64,000 nucleotides of DNA from assembly GCA_951406725.2 (NCBI GenBank), contig OX597824.1, forward strand, positions 52,204,001 to 52,268,000, given 5' to 3'. A program made the translations under genes and the position numbers. The notes under the pieces are model-generated. The model was not told the origin of the DNA and made no database searches. It saw only the letters and a list, made by a program, of their open reading frames with translations. Of the stretch, positions 1 through 12,949 are shown piece after piece (positions within the stretch are counted from its first letter, which is position 1; every line of letters begins with the position of its first letter). This DNA comes from Octopus vulgaris (lineage: Eukaryota).

Positions 1-119
1 AATTGATGAAGGGAATGTTCTTTATGCTGCCTGTCTCTTTTCTCTATTTGTTTCGTTGTTCGAAAAAAAGTCGTTTTCTATGTCTCTTTTTGTTCACGTT
101 TTTTATGTCCTGTACCCAT

Positions 120-168
120 ATATGCATGTATATATACATATATATACATACATATACATATATATGCT

Positions 169-232
<64 letters not shown>

Positions 233-356
233 CATATATATGTAGGTATGTACAAATATGTATGCATAGATGCATATAATTATATGTTATTTATATTATT
301 ATATGATCGAACGCCACGCTTCCATTTCCAATTAGGTTTTATACACATACATGTAT

Positions 357-440
<84 letters not shown>
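120..440. repeat. Compound (TA)n/(CA)n microsatellite block
   Basis: Directly visible TA and CA runs; source of the spurious YI/HT ORFs. Confidence 0.95.
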
Positions 441-445
<5 letters not shown>

Positions 446-784
446 TGTTACAAATACATATATTCTTAAAATATCCTCGAACTCGGTGGCAGGCCATTCC
501 CTGCATTTCGTCATGGTCAATAGTTCTCGCTGTAGATAATATATATATATATCATTAATCAAATATATTCTGTTAGAATATTATACACTGAATTTATAAT
601 GAGTGCTCTTTGTATAAAATGTCAAAAATGTTAATACTATTATAAAGTATTTAGACATTAATACGAGCGATTACATATTTTGTATTTTGAAATAATAGCA
701 TGAAAGATATATATGTCTAAAATAATATTGTATTGAAAATATATATAATTATATGAAACATGGCAGCTTAAAAATTTTTTGATG

Positions 785-876
785 CATCTTACTATCATTT
801 CACGAACGTATTGTCATTATAATGGAATCCATTGTTGATACACATTGATAGACAATACTTCCGCTCGTCAGAGATG
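785..876 (-). ncRNA. Type I hammerhead ribozyme motif (Penelope/retrozyme-like minimal stem III)
   Basis: Minus strand reads CATCT-CTGACGA-GCGGAAGTATTGTC-(loop)-GACAATACGTTCGT-GAAA-T-GATA-GTA-AGATG: intact CUGANGA and GAAA core, 5-bp stem I, 13/14-bp stem II, GUA cleavage triplet. Confidence 0.7.
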
Positions 877-1474
877 GAGAAGATAAAATTGTTATAATAT
901 ATCGAATTTTTCTTTAAAATTAGAAAATATATGAGAAAATATATTTGAAAATAGATTAAAATTTACTGGTTTAGATTTATGCAGATAGACTTTGGTAAGA
1001 AAATTTCGAGTTTATATATATCCTTGTTAAATTCATCTTGGTAATCCATGACAATTTTGTGTAAAGAGTACCTTATCCTACATTCCATATTTGAGATGCT
1101 GAAGGTTAATTTTGGTGGTCAAAAGAATTAACTTTTTATTTATGTAAATGGAAGATACCAATTTAAATTTTAAATTATATTTTTTTTAATTACAACTGTA
1201 AAGGTCTATTTATTGAAGGTTAAATGCGTACAGGTTCAAATTCTAAGACAACCAATTTATCAATCGTTTAATGTATAATATATGTCGTGTACATATGTTT
1301 ATAAGCTAAAATATTTTAATTACTTTATCTACCAATCTATTTATAATTATTTCCTTATTTTGATATCGTTACTATAAACGATAAATAATAGACACTAAGG
1401 TAAATCTTTATTGCATCTTTTATAATATTTAATTTTTTTGATATTGAATTTCATGCTATTATTTCAAAATACAG

Positions 1475-1535
<61 letters not shown>

Positions 1536-1699
1536 CTCATTTGTTTTCGTATTTCATGTTGTTTACTGTTGGTGACGTCCTGTACTTATATATGCATGTG
1601 TATATTTGTATGTATGTATATATATACACACATATATAAGCGTCTGAAAACGCCCACTGAACAGGTCTCCAGTCAGTTGCACCGTCATCCATTTTTTTT

Positions 1700-2159
1700 A
1701 TTGTTGGGGACAGTTCGATTACACTGGCTCCAGTATTTGACTGCTATTTTATTTTATCGATGCCAAAGGGATGAAAGGTAAGATCGACCTCCGCGAAATT
1801 TGAACTTACAACATAAAGCGCCAGAAGAAATAACGCTAAATGCTTTTGACATACATATAGACGTATTGACTGTATATGTATGAATTTATACATTTATCCA
1901 CTCGCGATAGTAAGTGCAACGCCTTAACCACTAGCCCATTAATAAAAATCCTTTCTACTATAGGTACAAGGTCTGAAATTTGAGGGAGAGAGACAGTCGA
2001 TTACATCGACCCCAGTGTTCACTGGTACTTATTTTATCGACCTCGAAGGGATGAAAGGCAGAGTTGACCTCAGCGGAACTTGAACTCAGAATATAATGAC
2101 GGAGAAAATGCCGCTAAGCAATTTTTCCGACGTGCTAACGATTCTGCCAGGTCGCCGCC

Positions 2160-2160
<1 letters not shown>
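1700..2160 (-). mobile_element. Two copies of tRNA-derived SINE family A (degenerate 1700-1850; near full-length 1945-2160)
   Basis: Minus strand GGCGGCGACCTGGCAGAATCGTTAGCACG...GAGTTCAAGTTCCGC (A/B boxes), body CTCTGCCTTTCATCCC, tail GTAGAAAGGATT; recurs more than 10 times in the window. Confidence 0.85.

Positions 2161-2223
<63 letters not shown>
2161..2223. repeat. (TAA)n microsatellite
   Basis: 21 perfect TAA units directly upstream of the R4/Dong element. Confidence 0.97.
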
Positions 2224-4299
2224 GCGCTGCACAACAGGACGATAGCCTGGATGACAAGTGGATGAACGTTGCTATGCCTCAAAGAGCACTTGACAGAGAA
2301 CTTGGCATAAAATTTTCGACCTATAGCCTGTTTACCACTTATGTGGAAGCTTATGACCGGTGCATTAGCGGAGGAGTTATAGAATCATCTGGAACGTAAC
2401 AATCTACTACCAGAAGAACAGAAAGGATGTAGGAAACAAATTAGGGTAACAAAAGATCACTTATTAGTTAATAAAATGGTAATTAGAAATTGTAGACGTA
2501 GATTGACGGAAAAAAAAGCACATGACATGGTCCCTCCCGGTTGGATAAGTAAAACAATGAGCATGTTTGGAATAGAAAAAAACTTCGAGAAAATGCTTAA
2601 TGAAAGTATGAAACATTGAAATACTGAATTGATTGGAAGTAAATAAAAACTCGGAAAAGTGAACATCAGATGTAGAATATTCCAAGGTAGTAGCTTTTCT
2701 CGATTACTATTCGTATTGGCCATGACACCGCTCATTATGATACTACAAAAAGATTAAATTGCTTACGATTTGGGAAAAGGAAATGGTGGGATAAATCATT
2801 TCCTTTTCATGGATGATATAAATGTTTGTGCGAAAAATGAAAAACAACTTGAAAGTCTTGTACATACTATCCGTATTTTCTCAAATGACGTAGGTATGGA
2901 ATTTGGGATAGAAAAGTGCGCTATATTGAAAATGAAACGCGGAAATCTGAAAGAAACCAGGGAATTGAAATGCCAAATGGGCAAACAATGAGAGCGGTTG
3001 AGAAAGAACAGCGGTATAAGTACTTGGGAATACTAGGAGCAGACGAAAGTAACAAAATGAAGAAATGAAACGAATCACCAGTAGGAAGTACACAAGGAGA
3101 GTAAGAAAATTATTGCAGTCAAATTTGAATTCAAAAAATCTTATTGAAGCAATAAATTCAAGAGCAATATCATTAATCAGTTATGGCGTTGGAATTATAG
3201 ACAATATAAAGAAACTTGACAGAAAAAAACGTTGCTGACAATGTATGGAAAACTGATATCAACCAGTTGGACTTGAGGTGAGAGCAGGGTGGATAAGGCT
3301 TAATAGCAGTAGAAGAATATGTACAAATGCAACAAAAAACCTAGTAGAGTATTTAGTGAGCAGCACAGAAAAACTACCAAAGAAAGTGAATAAAGAACAG
3401 GTGATCAAGCACTTAATAAGAGAAAAAGACAAGAATGAAAGAGAGTACGTCAGACAGATTGAAAAGACACCTCTGCATGGCCAATTTTGGGGAGCCACTG
3501 AAGACGTATGTAGAACAAAATCCTGAGCTTGGTTAAAAAAAAGGGAGCAATTAAAAAGAGCCTAATTGTAGCAGCCCAAAATCAAGCAATAAAAACAAAC
3601 AACTTGAGAAAAAATATATATAGAGAGAATATTTCATAAAAATGTAGAGTTTGTGGAACTTGGAACGAGGCAGTGGCACATATTGTGACAGAATGCCCCA
3701 AGTTGTCACAGGAAGAATATAAGAGATGGAGGCACAACCAAGTTGCAAAAGCTTTACACTGGAAACTGTACCAGAAATGGGAATTTGAAGCTGGAAACAC
3801 ATGGTACATTCATCGAGTCGAAAGCGTACTGGAGTCGGAGAAATATAAGATTTTGTGGGACAAGAAGTTAGAATATAATAAACTGGACATAACAATTATA
3901 GATAAGGAAAAGCTAAGTTGCTTACTTATCGACCCATCATGCCCGTTTGATTCCAGGATCGTAAAGAAAGAGAACGAAAAACAAACAAGAAAAATACAAT
4001 CTCTTAAAATTTGAAATAGGAAGAATTTGGAGCATGAGAACAGTATAGATCGTGCCTGTAATAATTGGTGTGTTCAGAAGTGTAAGTAAAGAAATAGACA
4101 AACGGCCGAAGGAATAGAATTCCTGGTAGTGCTCCTACAGAATGTTTGTCTCTTAAGGAAAGCAAGGATTATCAAGAAGGTTCTAAGCACGTGAAAGACA
4201 GATGAAAACTTGTGGATACCTAAGCAGTAACCCGCTACCCACATAAATCCTACCAGGAGTAAGACCGAACCTGAACCAAACTAAAATAATAATAATAAT
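2224..4299 (+). mobile_element. 5'-truncated, degenerate R4/Dong-clade non-LTR retrotransposon (RT + CCHC + restriction-like endonuclease)
   Basis: NFRPIACLPLMWKLMTG; INHFLFMDD...GMEFGIEKCA (2770-2991); CRVC...HIVTECPKL...RHNQVAKALHW and ILWD...KLDITIIDKEK..CLLID.SCP (3673-4014); many stops and frameshifts; (TAA)n on both sides. Confidence 0.9.
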
Positions 4300-4550
4300 C
4301 CTTTCTACAATAGGTACAAGGCCTGAAATTTGGGGGAGGGGCTAGTCGAGTACATCGATTCCAATTGAATTTGAACTCAGAATGTAAGGATGGACGAATA
4401 ATAATAATAATCCGTTCTACTATAGGTACAAGACCAGAAATTTTGAGATTATATCGACTAGCACTCTTCTCGAAAGATAAAGGTAAAATCGACTTCGGCG
4501 AAATTCAAACTCAGAACTAAGCATCTTGTCTGGCGTACTAACGATTCTAA
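4300..4550 (-). mobile_element. Two tandem degenerate SINE A fragments separated by (TAA)n
   Basis: CCTTTCTACAATAGGTACAAGGCCTGAAATTT and TTCTACTATAGGTACAAG match the SINE A tail at 1950. Confidence 0.75.
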
Positions 4551-4849
4551 TGATTTAAAAATAAAAATAAAGCTGTTTTGTAATAATGTGGCAGTTGTTC
4601 TGAGAAAGCCATGCAAACTCAACAGCTATTTTTATCAAGATATGGCAGTGTGCAAATGACTAGATAACAGGAGACTCACAAAAATATGGATCGAAAGATG
4701 AGCGACATTCCAAAAGGACATCCCATAGTTGCTTTTGTGGGGAGAAGTATACCAAAATTAATTAAATATTCTTTACCCGAGATCTTAGGATAATTTACTT
4801 TATAATAGTTTCTGCTTATACTAGGTACAGACTTGGCTGTAAAGTAAGA

Positions 4850-5130
4850 AGTTGGCACCTTCTGAGTAGATTTGGTAGACAAAAACTGAAAGAAGCTCGT
4901 CGTATGTGTGTGTATGTGTCTCTGTCTGTCTGTCCCCCCACCACCACTTAAAAACCGGTGTTGTTTTGGTTACGTTCCTGTATCTTAGTAGTTCGGCAAA
5001 AAAGATTTCTACAGTAAGTACCAGGCCTAAAAATATATATACTGGCGTCAATTCATTTGGCTAACAAGTTCTTCAAGGCGCTGCCCCAGCATGGTCGCAA
5101 TCGAATAACTGAAACAGATAAAAGATAGAG
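4850..5130 (+). mobile_element. SINE family B, 3' portion (degenerate)
   Basis: GATTTGGTAGAC..AAACTGAAAGAAGC, internal TG repeat, CCCCAGCATGG..CTGAAACA tail, as in the full copy at 62342. Confidence 0.75.
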
Positions 5131-5243
5131 ATATAGTTTTTTCATACCTAACAATAAATACAATAAATATAAGATAAGCCAATAAAAATGGGATTAAACC
5201 TAATTGAAATGTGAGTCTGTTGACGAGTAAAGTTAGCTTCTTG

Positions 5244-5274
<31 letters not shown>

Positions 5275-5288
5275 TGTATGCATGTATG

Positions 5289-5730
5289 TAGCCTTTGTTA
5301 GGGCATCCTTCTAGGAGAAAGTAACTCAGGTAACTGGGATAACTCCGACATAAAACCTGCGGCTCGGTGGTTACCGATAATGTTGACTTGTTCTTCTTTT
5401 CGGATTATGGCTGCTGTTTTTTAGTGAGTGGGATTGACTCAGTGCACAGCCTTTCCTCACTTTAAAAAAATCTTCTTGCACAGGTATTGCACGATAACAA
5501 CATTGTTCATGATTGTTGATGGTGCTGTGAGTCTCAACTGAATGGCTGGCTGTAGCCTTAAAAAGCAAATAAAAGTCACATTCGATCACAGCACCAATAA
5601 CAGTTAAGCTTCGTGCAATGGCCATACTCGATAACGAGGGGGCAGCCATCATGTATGTATGTATGTATGTATGTATGTATGTATGTATGTATGTATGTAT
5701 GTATGTATGTATGTATGTATGTATGTATGT
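5289..5730 (+). mobile_element. Non-autonomous bipartite derivative of the RTE LINE (5'UTR segment fused to 3' terminus) with (ATGT)n tail
   Basis: 5289-~5570 matches the reverse complement of 48752-49045 and ~5571-5650 matches the reverse complement of 45178-45258; (ATGT)n on both sides. Confidence 0.9.
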
Positions 5731-6569
5731 AGTGGGAGATACCTCATTCAAGTGAACAAATATAACTACCATTTCGCCCATTTTATAAAAACGAATCGCG
5801 AAGTAATCAGGCAGCTGAACTTGCGACAATAATCACCATTTGCCATGCATACATACGTAGATACATACATATGTGTGTAAGTATGTTTGCGTCCATCTGT
5901 AAGTTTACGTTAAGTGTATGTGTATGACATTATTATCAAATACCTTTTCTCGAATCTTAATTGATTTTCCAGTAGTTTGTGAAAATAAATATCTAAATGG
6001 TAACATTTTACTTCTTTCTTTTCTTTTCTTTTCTTTTTTTTTTGGACCAGAAATATTTATAGTTTATTTTCTATATTTTTGTTGACGTTGGGTGATTGCT
6101 TCTATGTATGTGTGTATGCATGAATGCGCATGCATGCATGTATGTATGTATGTATGAGTAATTGAGTGTGTGTATTCTTGTGTTTTTATGTTGTAGATTC
6201 TGATGAAGAGTATTTACATTTCGAAACACAAGATCCGTTTTGTGGTTCTTTGCAATTACATACGTTAATACTAACTTCACCTAATATTTGTTAAAATTAT
6301 ATATACATCATTGGGTTAATTACACAGAGATGTCGTATGCATGTAGAGCAATAGATGAGTTTATGTAAACGTATATAATACGTTGAGCCTCGAAATTCTA
6401 TTTAGAACGGTTTGTATGTTGTGGAAACTACAGTCTTTTCACAAAGGCTCTTATAATGAATTTAATCTTTTTTTCTGCAAGTAACAGGAGTCAAGTCCAA
6501 ATATATTTTAGTTGTCGTTGACACTTTATTCAAATACCAATGGGAGAATTTTCCAAGTTCTCTTTTATC

Positions 6570-6740
6570 CCCTATCTTTTACTTTTTTCAATTATTAGAC
6601 TGCGGCCATGCTTTTTCTATCGGTCGCTTTTGCCGAATCGCTATATTACGGGGACGCAAACACACCAATACCGGTTTTCAAATATTTGAGTGGTGGGGGT
6701 CGGGGGACGAAAACAGATCAGACGAAAAAACACACATGCA

Positions 6741-6797
<57 letters not shown>

Positions 6798-7310
6798 GAC
6801 GGGCTTCTTTCAGATTCTGTCTAGCAAATCCATTCACAAGATACCTACCCAGAGTGCCACGCAGTGACATTGAACCCGGAACCAAGTAGTTGGAAAGTAA
6901 ACTTCTTACAGCACAGCCACGCCTGCGATATGTTACTCTTTTACTCTTTTACTTGTTTCAGTCATTTGACTGCGGCCATGCTGGAGCACCGCCTTTAGTC
7001 GAGCAAATCGACCCCGGGACTTATTCTTTGTAAGCCCAGTACTTATTCTATCGGTCTCTTTTGCCGAACCGTTAAGTGACGGGGACGTAAACACACGAGC
7101 ATCGGTTGACAAACACACATACATATATATACATATATACATATATACGACAGGCTTCTTTCAGTTTCCGTCTACCAAATCCACTCACAAGGCATTGGTC
7201 GGCCCGGGGCTATAGCAGAAGACACTTGCCCAAGATGCCACGCAGAGGGACTGAACCCGGAACCATGTGGCTGGTTAGCAAGCTACTTACCACACAGCCA
7301 CTCCTGCGCC
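6570..7310 (-). mobile_element. Two tandem SINE B copies (6570-6927 deleted; 6935-7310 near full-length)
   Basis: Minus-strand tRNA-like head GGCGCAGGAGTGGCTGTGTGGTAAG...GGTTCAGTCCC, internal TA/TG microsatellite, tail ACTGAAACAAGTAAAAGAGTAAAAG. Confidence 0.9.
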
Positions 7311-8009
7311 TATGTTGTAGAATTATTTTTCACAAGTAGGCGAGAAAAATTCTTTTTCCTTTTTACTGACTGAAATTAAATACTTACATACACCATCCGC
7401 ATAGAAAACAATAGATAACTTAGAATTAGTATAATTAATGAATGTAGCAAGGTGGCGAGCTAGCAGAATCGTTAGCACGCCGGGCGAAATGCTTAACGAA
7501 ACATTGTAAGGTTTAATCCTTTACTATTAAGTGTATAGTCGGAAATGTAACTGAAACTCATCTATTTACTGTTCCCAAGAACCTGACCTCTACTGGGTTA
7601 CATGCAACTTCATACAAATAATAATTGTTACTTTTACTAATTTCTTATATATAACTTAAGGATTAGTAAGTAGCCTCTAAGTCACGGAAACCAGTAGGAG
7701 AAAAGTGAAGAAATTATCTTCAGAAGTTACAAGATGTCATGAGAGCGGACATCCAGGCGGAATTGTCTTGGTATTTTGATTTTTCGGTCATTTAGAGATT
7801 CTTTCTCGTGTTCAACTTTATGATCGTGTTTGGTGAAGTTGAATATGTTGGGGTAAGGTTTGAAGTGAACATTAGAGTGTTTTCAGTTGTTTGGACCTAT
7901 AAAAGTAAAACACTGTTGTTATAGGCAACGAACACAATAAACAATTTGAGTTTGATTGGGTATGTTAAAATGGAGAATTAGTTGTTGCACGTGAAGGCAA
8001 GTGTGAAGT

Positions 8010-8290
8010 AGGAGAACCGCGGCATGCAACACATGACAAACCTGCTGAAAACTAGCGAGAAGATCAGGCATAGACAACTGCGACTATCTGGTTACTGAGC
8101 GCGCCAGCCTGAGCTGGAAGCATCTAAATTAGTCTTGTGGGACTCACTTCATGGTGATGTATGAAGAGGAAAACATCGCCACACTTACATCGACACCGGA
8201 CTGGAATGTATCAAGGAGCTCGAGACAGTGATGTAGGACCGAGAAGATTGGCGGGTGGACGTTGTTGCTTCGGTCTGGGTTGGACCCAGC
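8010..8290 (+). mobile_element. Old RTE-type LINE 3' fragment
   Basis: Translates to KTSEKIRHRQLRLSGY*ARQPELEASKLVLWD...HTYIDT...ELETVM*DREDWR, the typical RTE C-terminus. Confidence 0.6.
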
Positions 8291-8399
8291 CATAAAAATA
8301 AAAATGCGCTATCCGAAATCTTGAATTCTACCCTGTTCCTTCTTTATAGTGTAATTACATACTTTTACTCTTCGCTGTTTTGTTATTTATTGTCAGTTT

Positions 8400-8780
8400 T
8401 ATGTGATCTACGAAACTACTTAGATATTCCATTGTCACCATGCTCCAGCAGGTCTCTGTGTTACATCTAAATTTATATTACAAAATTCATGCTTTTGTAA
8501 GTAATTGCTTACTGTTATATAGACAGTGGTAAGCTTGATCCCGGTGTTTCAATTTTAGGTGAACTTGTTTTCATTAAATATCAACAGCTTCCTATTCTGT
8601 CGAACAGTTCCTACAGTGTTCCAAGTATAAAATATTTCTTGAATATTTTATCGGTCCTGTTACCGGGACCATACCCATTGCATTCGTCATGCCGTTTTTA
8701 GAAGCAGTCTCCTTCAAACGTTTTCATTAGCGGCTCAAAGGATTCAGTATGTCTTCCAGTGAAAATGATTACTTTAGAAA
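8400..8780 (-). mobile_element. Possible piggyBac transposase remnant
   Basis: Minus strand YTWNTVGTVRQNRK resembles the piggyBac GTVRxNR motif; otherwise highly degenerate. Confidence 0.3.
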
Positions 8781-9508
8781 TTAAGTAATTGAAAAACGCC
8801 ATCTGCATGAATATTGTCCAATGGTTCCTTCACATATTTATGATTGACCAGTGTGATTTGATTGCGAAACGAAACTGCTATTTCTACATGTTGAGTAGCT
8901 TCGTAAGAGATTCCGTCGTTGGTTCAATGGTGCTCTCAGTTTACGGTGACATCACACTAACACACACACATATGCGCGCGCGCACGAGCATATATACAGA
9001 GAGAAGGAAAGAGGGTGGGGAGAGAGAGAGAGAGAGAGAGAGTCAATGGCTTCATTTAAAATACATTTCGTGTGATGATATTTTTTATAATGGAAATGGC
9101 TTCGCACCTAGTTATATCTTGCTGCAATCGAAAATTCTTGCTTTTACCACAGAGACATGGACTTTTCTTTCACTCAACTTTTTGCCAAGGTCTTTTAGTC
9201 AGTCACTGTTATTCTGTCTTTCCTGTTATTCTTTGTCTCCCATTCTCATCACAACGTCTCTCGTTCAGCTCATTTCTCATTCATTTTCTTTCCCTTTCCT
9301 TTCCCCGCTCTCTTCCTCCCTGTTTTTTCTTCTGTTTTCCAATTAATCTCTTTTCTTTCTTCTCTTAATCTCTTCAAATGTCGTAGTCTAGAATATTTTC
9401 TTGCTACTCTTATTTTTCTCTCCCACACATTTACATCGTTTATCCTTTCTCGTCCTTTTAATTCTGTACCAACACACACATAAACACACACACATACACA
9501 CACAAACG

Positions 9509-9560
<52 letters not shown>

Positions 9561-9887
9561 CTCTCTCTCTCTCTCTCTCCCTCCCTCTCTCTCCCTCTCT
9601 CCCTCTCTCTCGCTTTCGTTTTCCATTTTATCTCTCACTATTATCCACACTCTACCCTCACTCTCATTTTGCTCCTCTGAAACATAATTTCACCCACTCT
9701 TCTATATTTTGTCCCGTTCCCATTCTCCTCCCACGAGTTATAATCTCTCACCACATCTGTTGCTGTCATCAGTTAGCTGGCGTATAGGTTTGGCTTAGAG
9801 AAATCCTTATAGTGGAAGTTTCACGTATCGGATATAGATGAACACCCATAAACAACAGATTTGCCGAGACCCGTTATTGCTTGGCTT

Positions 9888-9991
<104 letters not shown>

Positions 9992-10135
9992 GCACGTTTC
10001 TTTGCTTGTTTGTTTACTAGCTGACCGGCTGGTCGTCTGGTATGTGCGGTCGTCACTCGGCGAGCCGTCCGCATTTCGTTCAATATACACATTGACAACC
10101 CTAATGAATCCCCGTCTGTAAAAATGAGATGTTAC

Positions 10136-10166
<31 letters not shown>

Positions 10167-10279
10167 TGCGAACGCATCATCACCATCGTCCATCGGCCAC
10201 CTCCACTACGAAAAAAGAAAAGGAAACAAGAGTAGAAAAGGAAATCTAGAATGACGCCTGTATGTGAGTGTGTGCGTGT

Positions 10280-10321
<42 letters not shown>

Positions 10322-10385
10322 GTGTATGTGTGTGTGTTTGTGCATGTGTAATCGGTGGAGGAGAGTGAATCCTGGGAGTACGTGC

Positions 10386-10436
<51 letters not shown>

Positions 10437-11039
10437 AGAGAGAGAGAATTTAACTGAAAGTGTGAAATCTTATGTTTGCATTCATTTTGTAATTGTTTCA
10501 ACACAGCCGTGAATGTGATTACAGTTGAGCGTGGGTTGACGATGTGTTGATGAAAACCGATGATGACAAGAAAATGCATGAATATGTATAAATATTTAAA
10601 GAAAAATATTAAGAAAAAAAAACAAAAACAAAACTAAACAATAACAGTCAGTGCTTTTGTATAACCGATTTTTCAGGTTCAAAACCGAATCCACACACCA
10701 ATGCTCAACCGTTGGTTTGATGTTTAAGTAAGGCACTAATTAGTTCGAACACACACTCAAACGAAAAAAGATAAGACTTTTAGAAAGTTATAAGAAAGCA
10801 GATAGAGGGGGAGAGAAGGGGATGTTTGTGACTGGCTTGCTAGTTAGATCAGCAGACACACACATACAAACACACGCACACACATATATACATATATACA
10901 CATATACACATACGTACATACATACATACATACATACATACATACATACATACATACATACATACATACATACATACATAGAGTCAGGAGAAACATTGTA
11001 TTGTTGGACACTATGATCAAAGTGAAAACTAACTTTACA

Positions 11040-12563
11040 AATCACCAACTATGACTGCATGATAGATTCTCCAAATTTTATGAAAACTGCCGCTGAGAAA
11101 ACACTCTCAAGCAAACTGGTCGCCCTCAAAAACCATCTACGAGTGGTAAGTGAAACACTTATTATCGTAAAAATTACATGAACGGAAAATATAAACCACA
11201 AGTTTGCCTGAAACCCACAAGCTGTATATCACAGTGTAAAATACCACACCATCAAGGTTGCAACTACTCCAGCCCATGAGGGTCTGGAGTTATTCTGGCG
11301 AGAAATATGGAATGTATACAAAGAACACAATTTCGAAGCTGCATGGTCAAATGAACCACAAAGTGAGTACTGTGCACTTGCCTCTCTCAAAATATATAAC
11401 ACCACAAGAGAAATCCACTTAATCGATAATACGAAACTAACAAAAGGAAAATCACCCAAGAGCGACGTAATAGTGGGCTATTAATGCAAAAAGCACACGT
11501 TCGACAGGGAAATTCTCACGACCATATTCTTTTCTACTCTAGGCACAGGGCCCGAAATTTTGAGGGAGGAGATTAGTCAATTAAATCCACCCCAGTATGC
11601 AAGCGGTACTTAATTTATCGGCCCCGAAAGGATGAAGGGCAAAGTCGACCTCAGCGGAATTTGAATTCAGGACATAAAGACAGACGAAAAACCGCTAAGC
11701 CTTTCGCCCAGTGTGCTAACGTTTCTGCCAGCTCGATGCCTTATGCTCACGACCATATCAAAGAAAATAATGAAGGCTAAACTAGATATACCAGACTGAT
11801 TGATTATCGTACAGACAATGTGGTGGATTCTCGCTTATATTTGTGCAGACGGAGGCAAAAATCTTCTGGACGTAAACAAATTAGGGAGGGAGAATTGGGT
11901 TGGGACCACCCTGGAGGGGCTTTTCCATTTAAAACCGGAGCAGGTGGAGAGAGTCCCAGACTTGTTTTCCCTCCAGAGCTACGAGTAAATGTGGAGGGCA
12001 GGTGGCCGAGATGCCACGTTTGTGAATCAACGGGTCAGTTACAGGCATTCTGCTCACGCACCCAAAACAAAAGGGCAGAAAGGAAAGATCAAATGTAACC
12101 GACACAACCTTCGGGACAACAAAAACAACAAGAACAACAATAGCAGATAGACATGGAAATAGAAGCAGGTATTGCATCTAGGGAGACAGAATAGCGAAGG
12201 TGGTAGTAGGAGTAGCAGTAGCAGCAATAGCGGAAGCAACACTAGCATGAGCAGCAACAACAACAACCCAAGTGCATCAGAACAAACGTCAACACGAACG
12301 TCCGAAAGAGAATATACCACTCACGGCGTCTCACAACGATAGAATGAGGAGAGGCACCTGAGGTGCCTTTGCTGTTCGGAAGTCCAAAGTGTGTGGGATT
12401 TTTTGATCACCTTGGTGTAACTCCCTCCTATTGGAGAATTACATCGTCTGTTTAATTTTGCTTGTTAATGATTGTTTTTTTGCTGTTTACACGCCTTTTA
12501 ACCCCACTATCCCTCGTCTGTGTCTCGTCCTCTGTGTATTGTGTTCGGACCTTGTGACCATTA

Positions 12564-12570
<7 letters not shown>
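11040..12570 (+). mobile_element. Degenerate gag/ORF1-like (zinc knuckle) non-LTR element remnant with 3' UTR and (ATT)n tail
   Basis: ELRVNVEGRWPRCHVCESTGQLQAFC is a CX2CX4(H>Q)X4C knuckle typical of L1/Tx1-type ORF1; the T-rich 3' end ...CCTTGTGACCATTAAGGAAAT runs into (ATT)n. 5' boundary uncertain. Confidence 0.5.
11528..11745 (-). mobile_element. SINE A, full-length, with 13-bp target-site duplication
   Basis: TSD CTCACGACCATAT at 11515-11527 and 11746-11758; A/B-box head on the minus strand. Confidence 0.92.

Positions 12571-12661
<91 letters not shown>
12570..12661. repeat. (TTA)n microsatellite
   Basis: About 30 perfect units. Confidence 0.97.
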
Positions 12662-12935
12662 GCTTGACTTTTGCTTTATATTTGTACAAGTTGGCTCCAA
12701 GTCTCACCCAGAGATCTCAAGAGACAACAGGTTGGAAGTTCGTGATGTTGTTATGCCTAGTGTGCCATATATTTGGTTTTGTATTTAGTGTCGTACTAGT
12801 GAATGTCAGAAAAAAAAACAAAATTATGTTTGTTTTAAAACTTGAGATTACATAGAAAGTATTTTGCGTAGGATATGAGCAGTTCTCCTATGAGCACTAT
12901 CTTTTGAATTTCTGCCATTTTGGGGTTTCCTGGTA
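12662..12935 (-). mobile_element. R4/Dong-clade 3' end fragment
   Basis: Minus strand IPGNPKMAEIQKIVL...AHILRKILSM* followed by 3' UTR and (TAA)n. Confidence 0.75.
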
Positions 12936-12949
12936 TTATTATTATTGTT

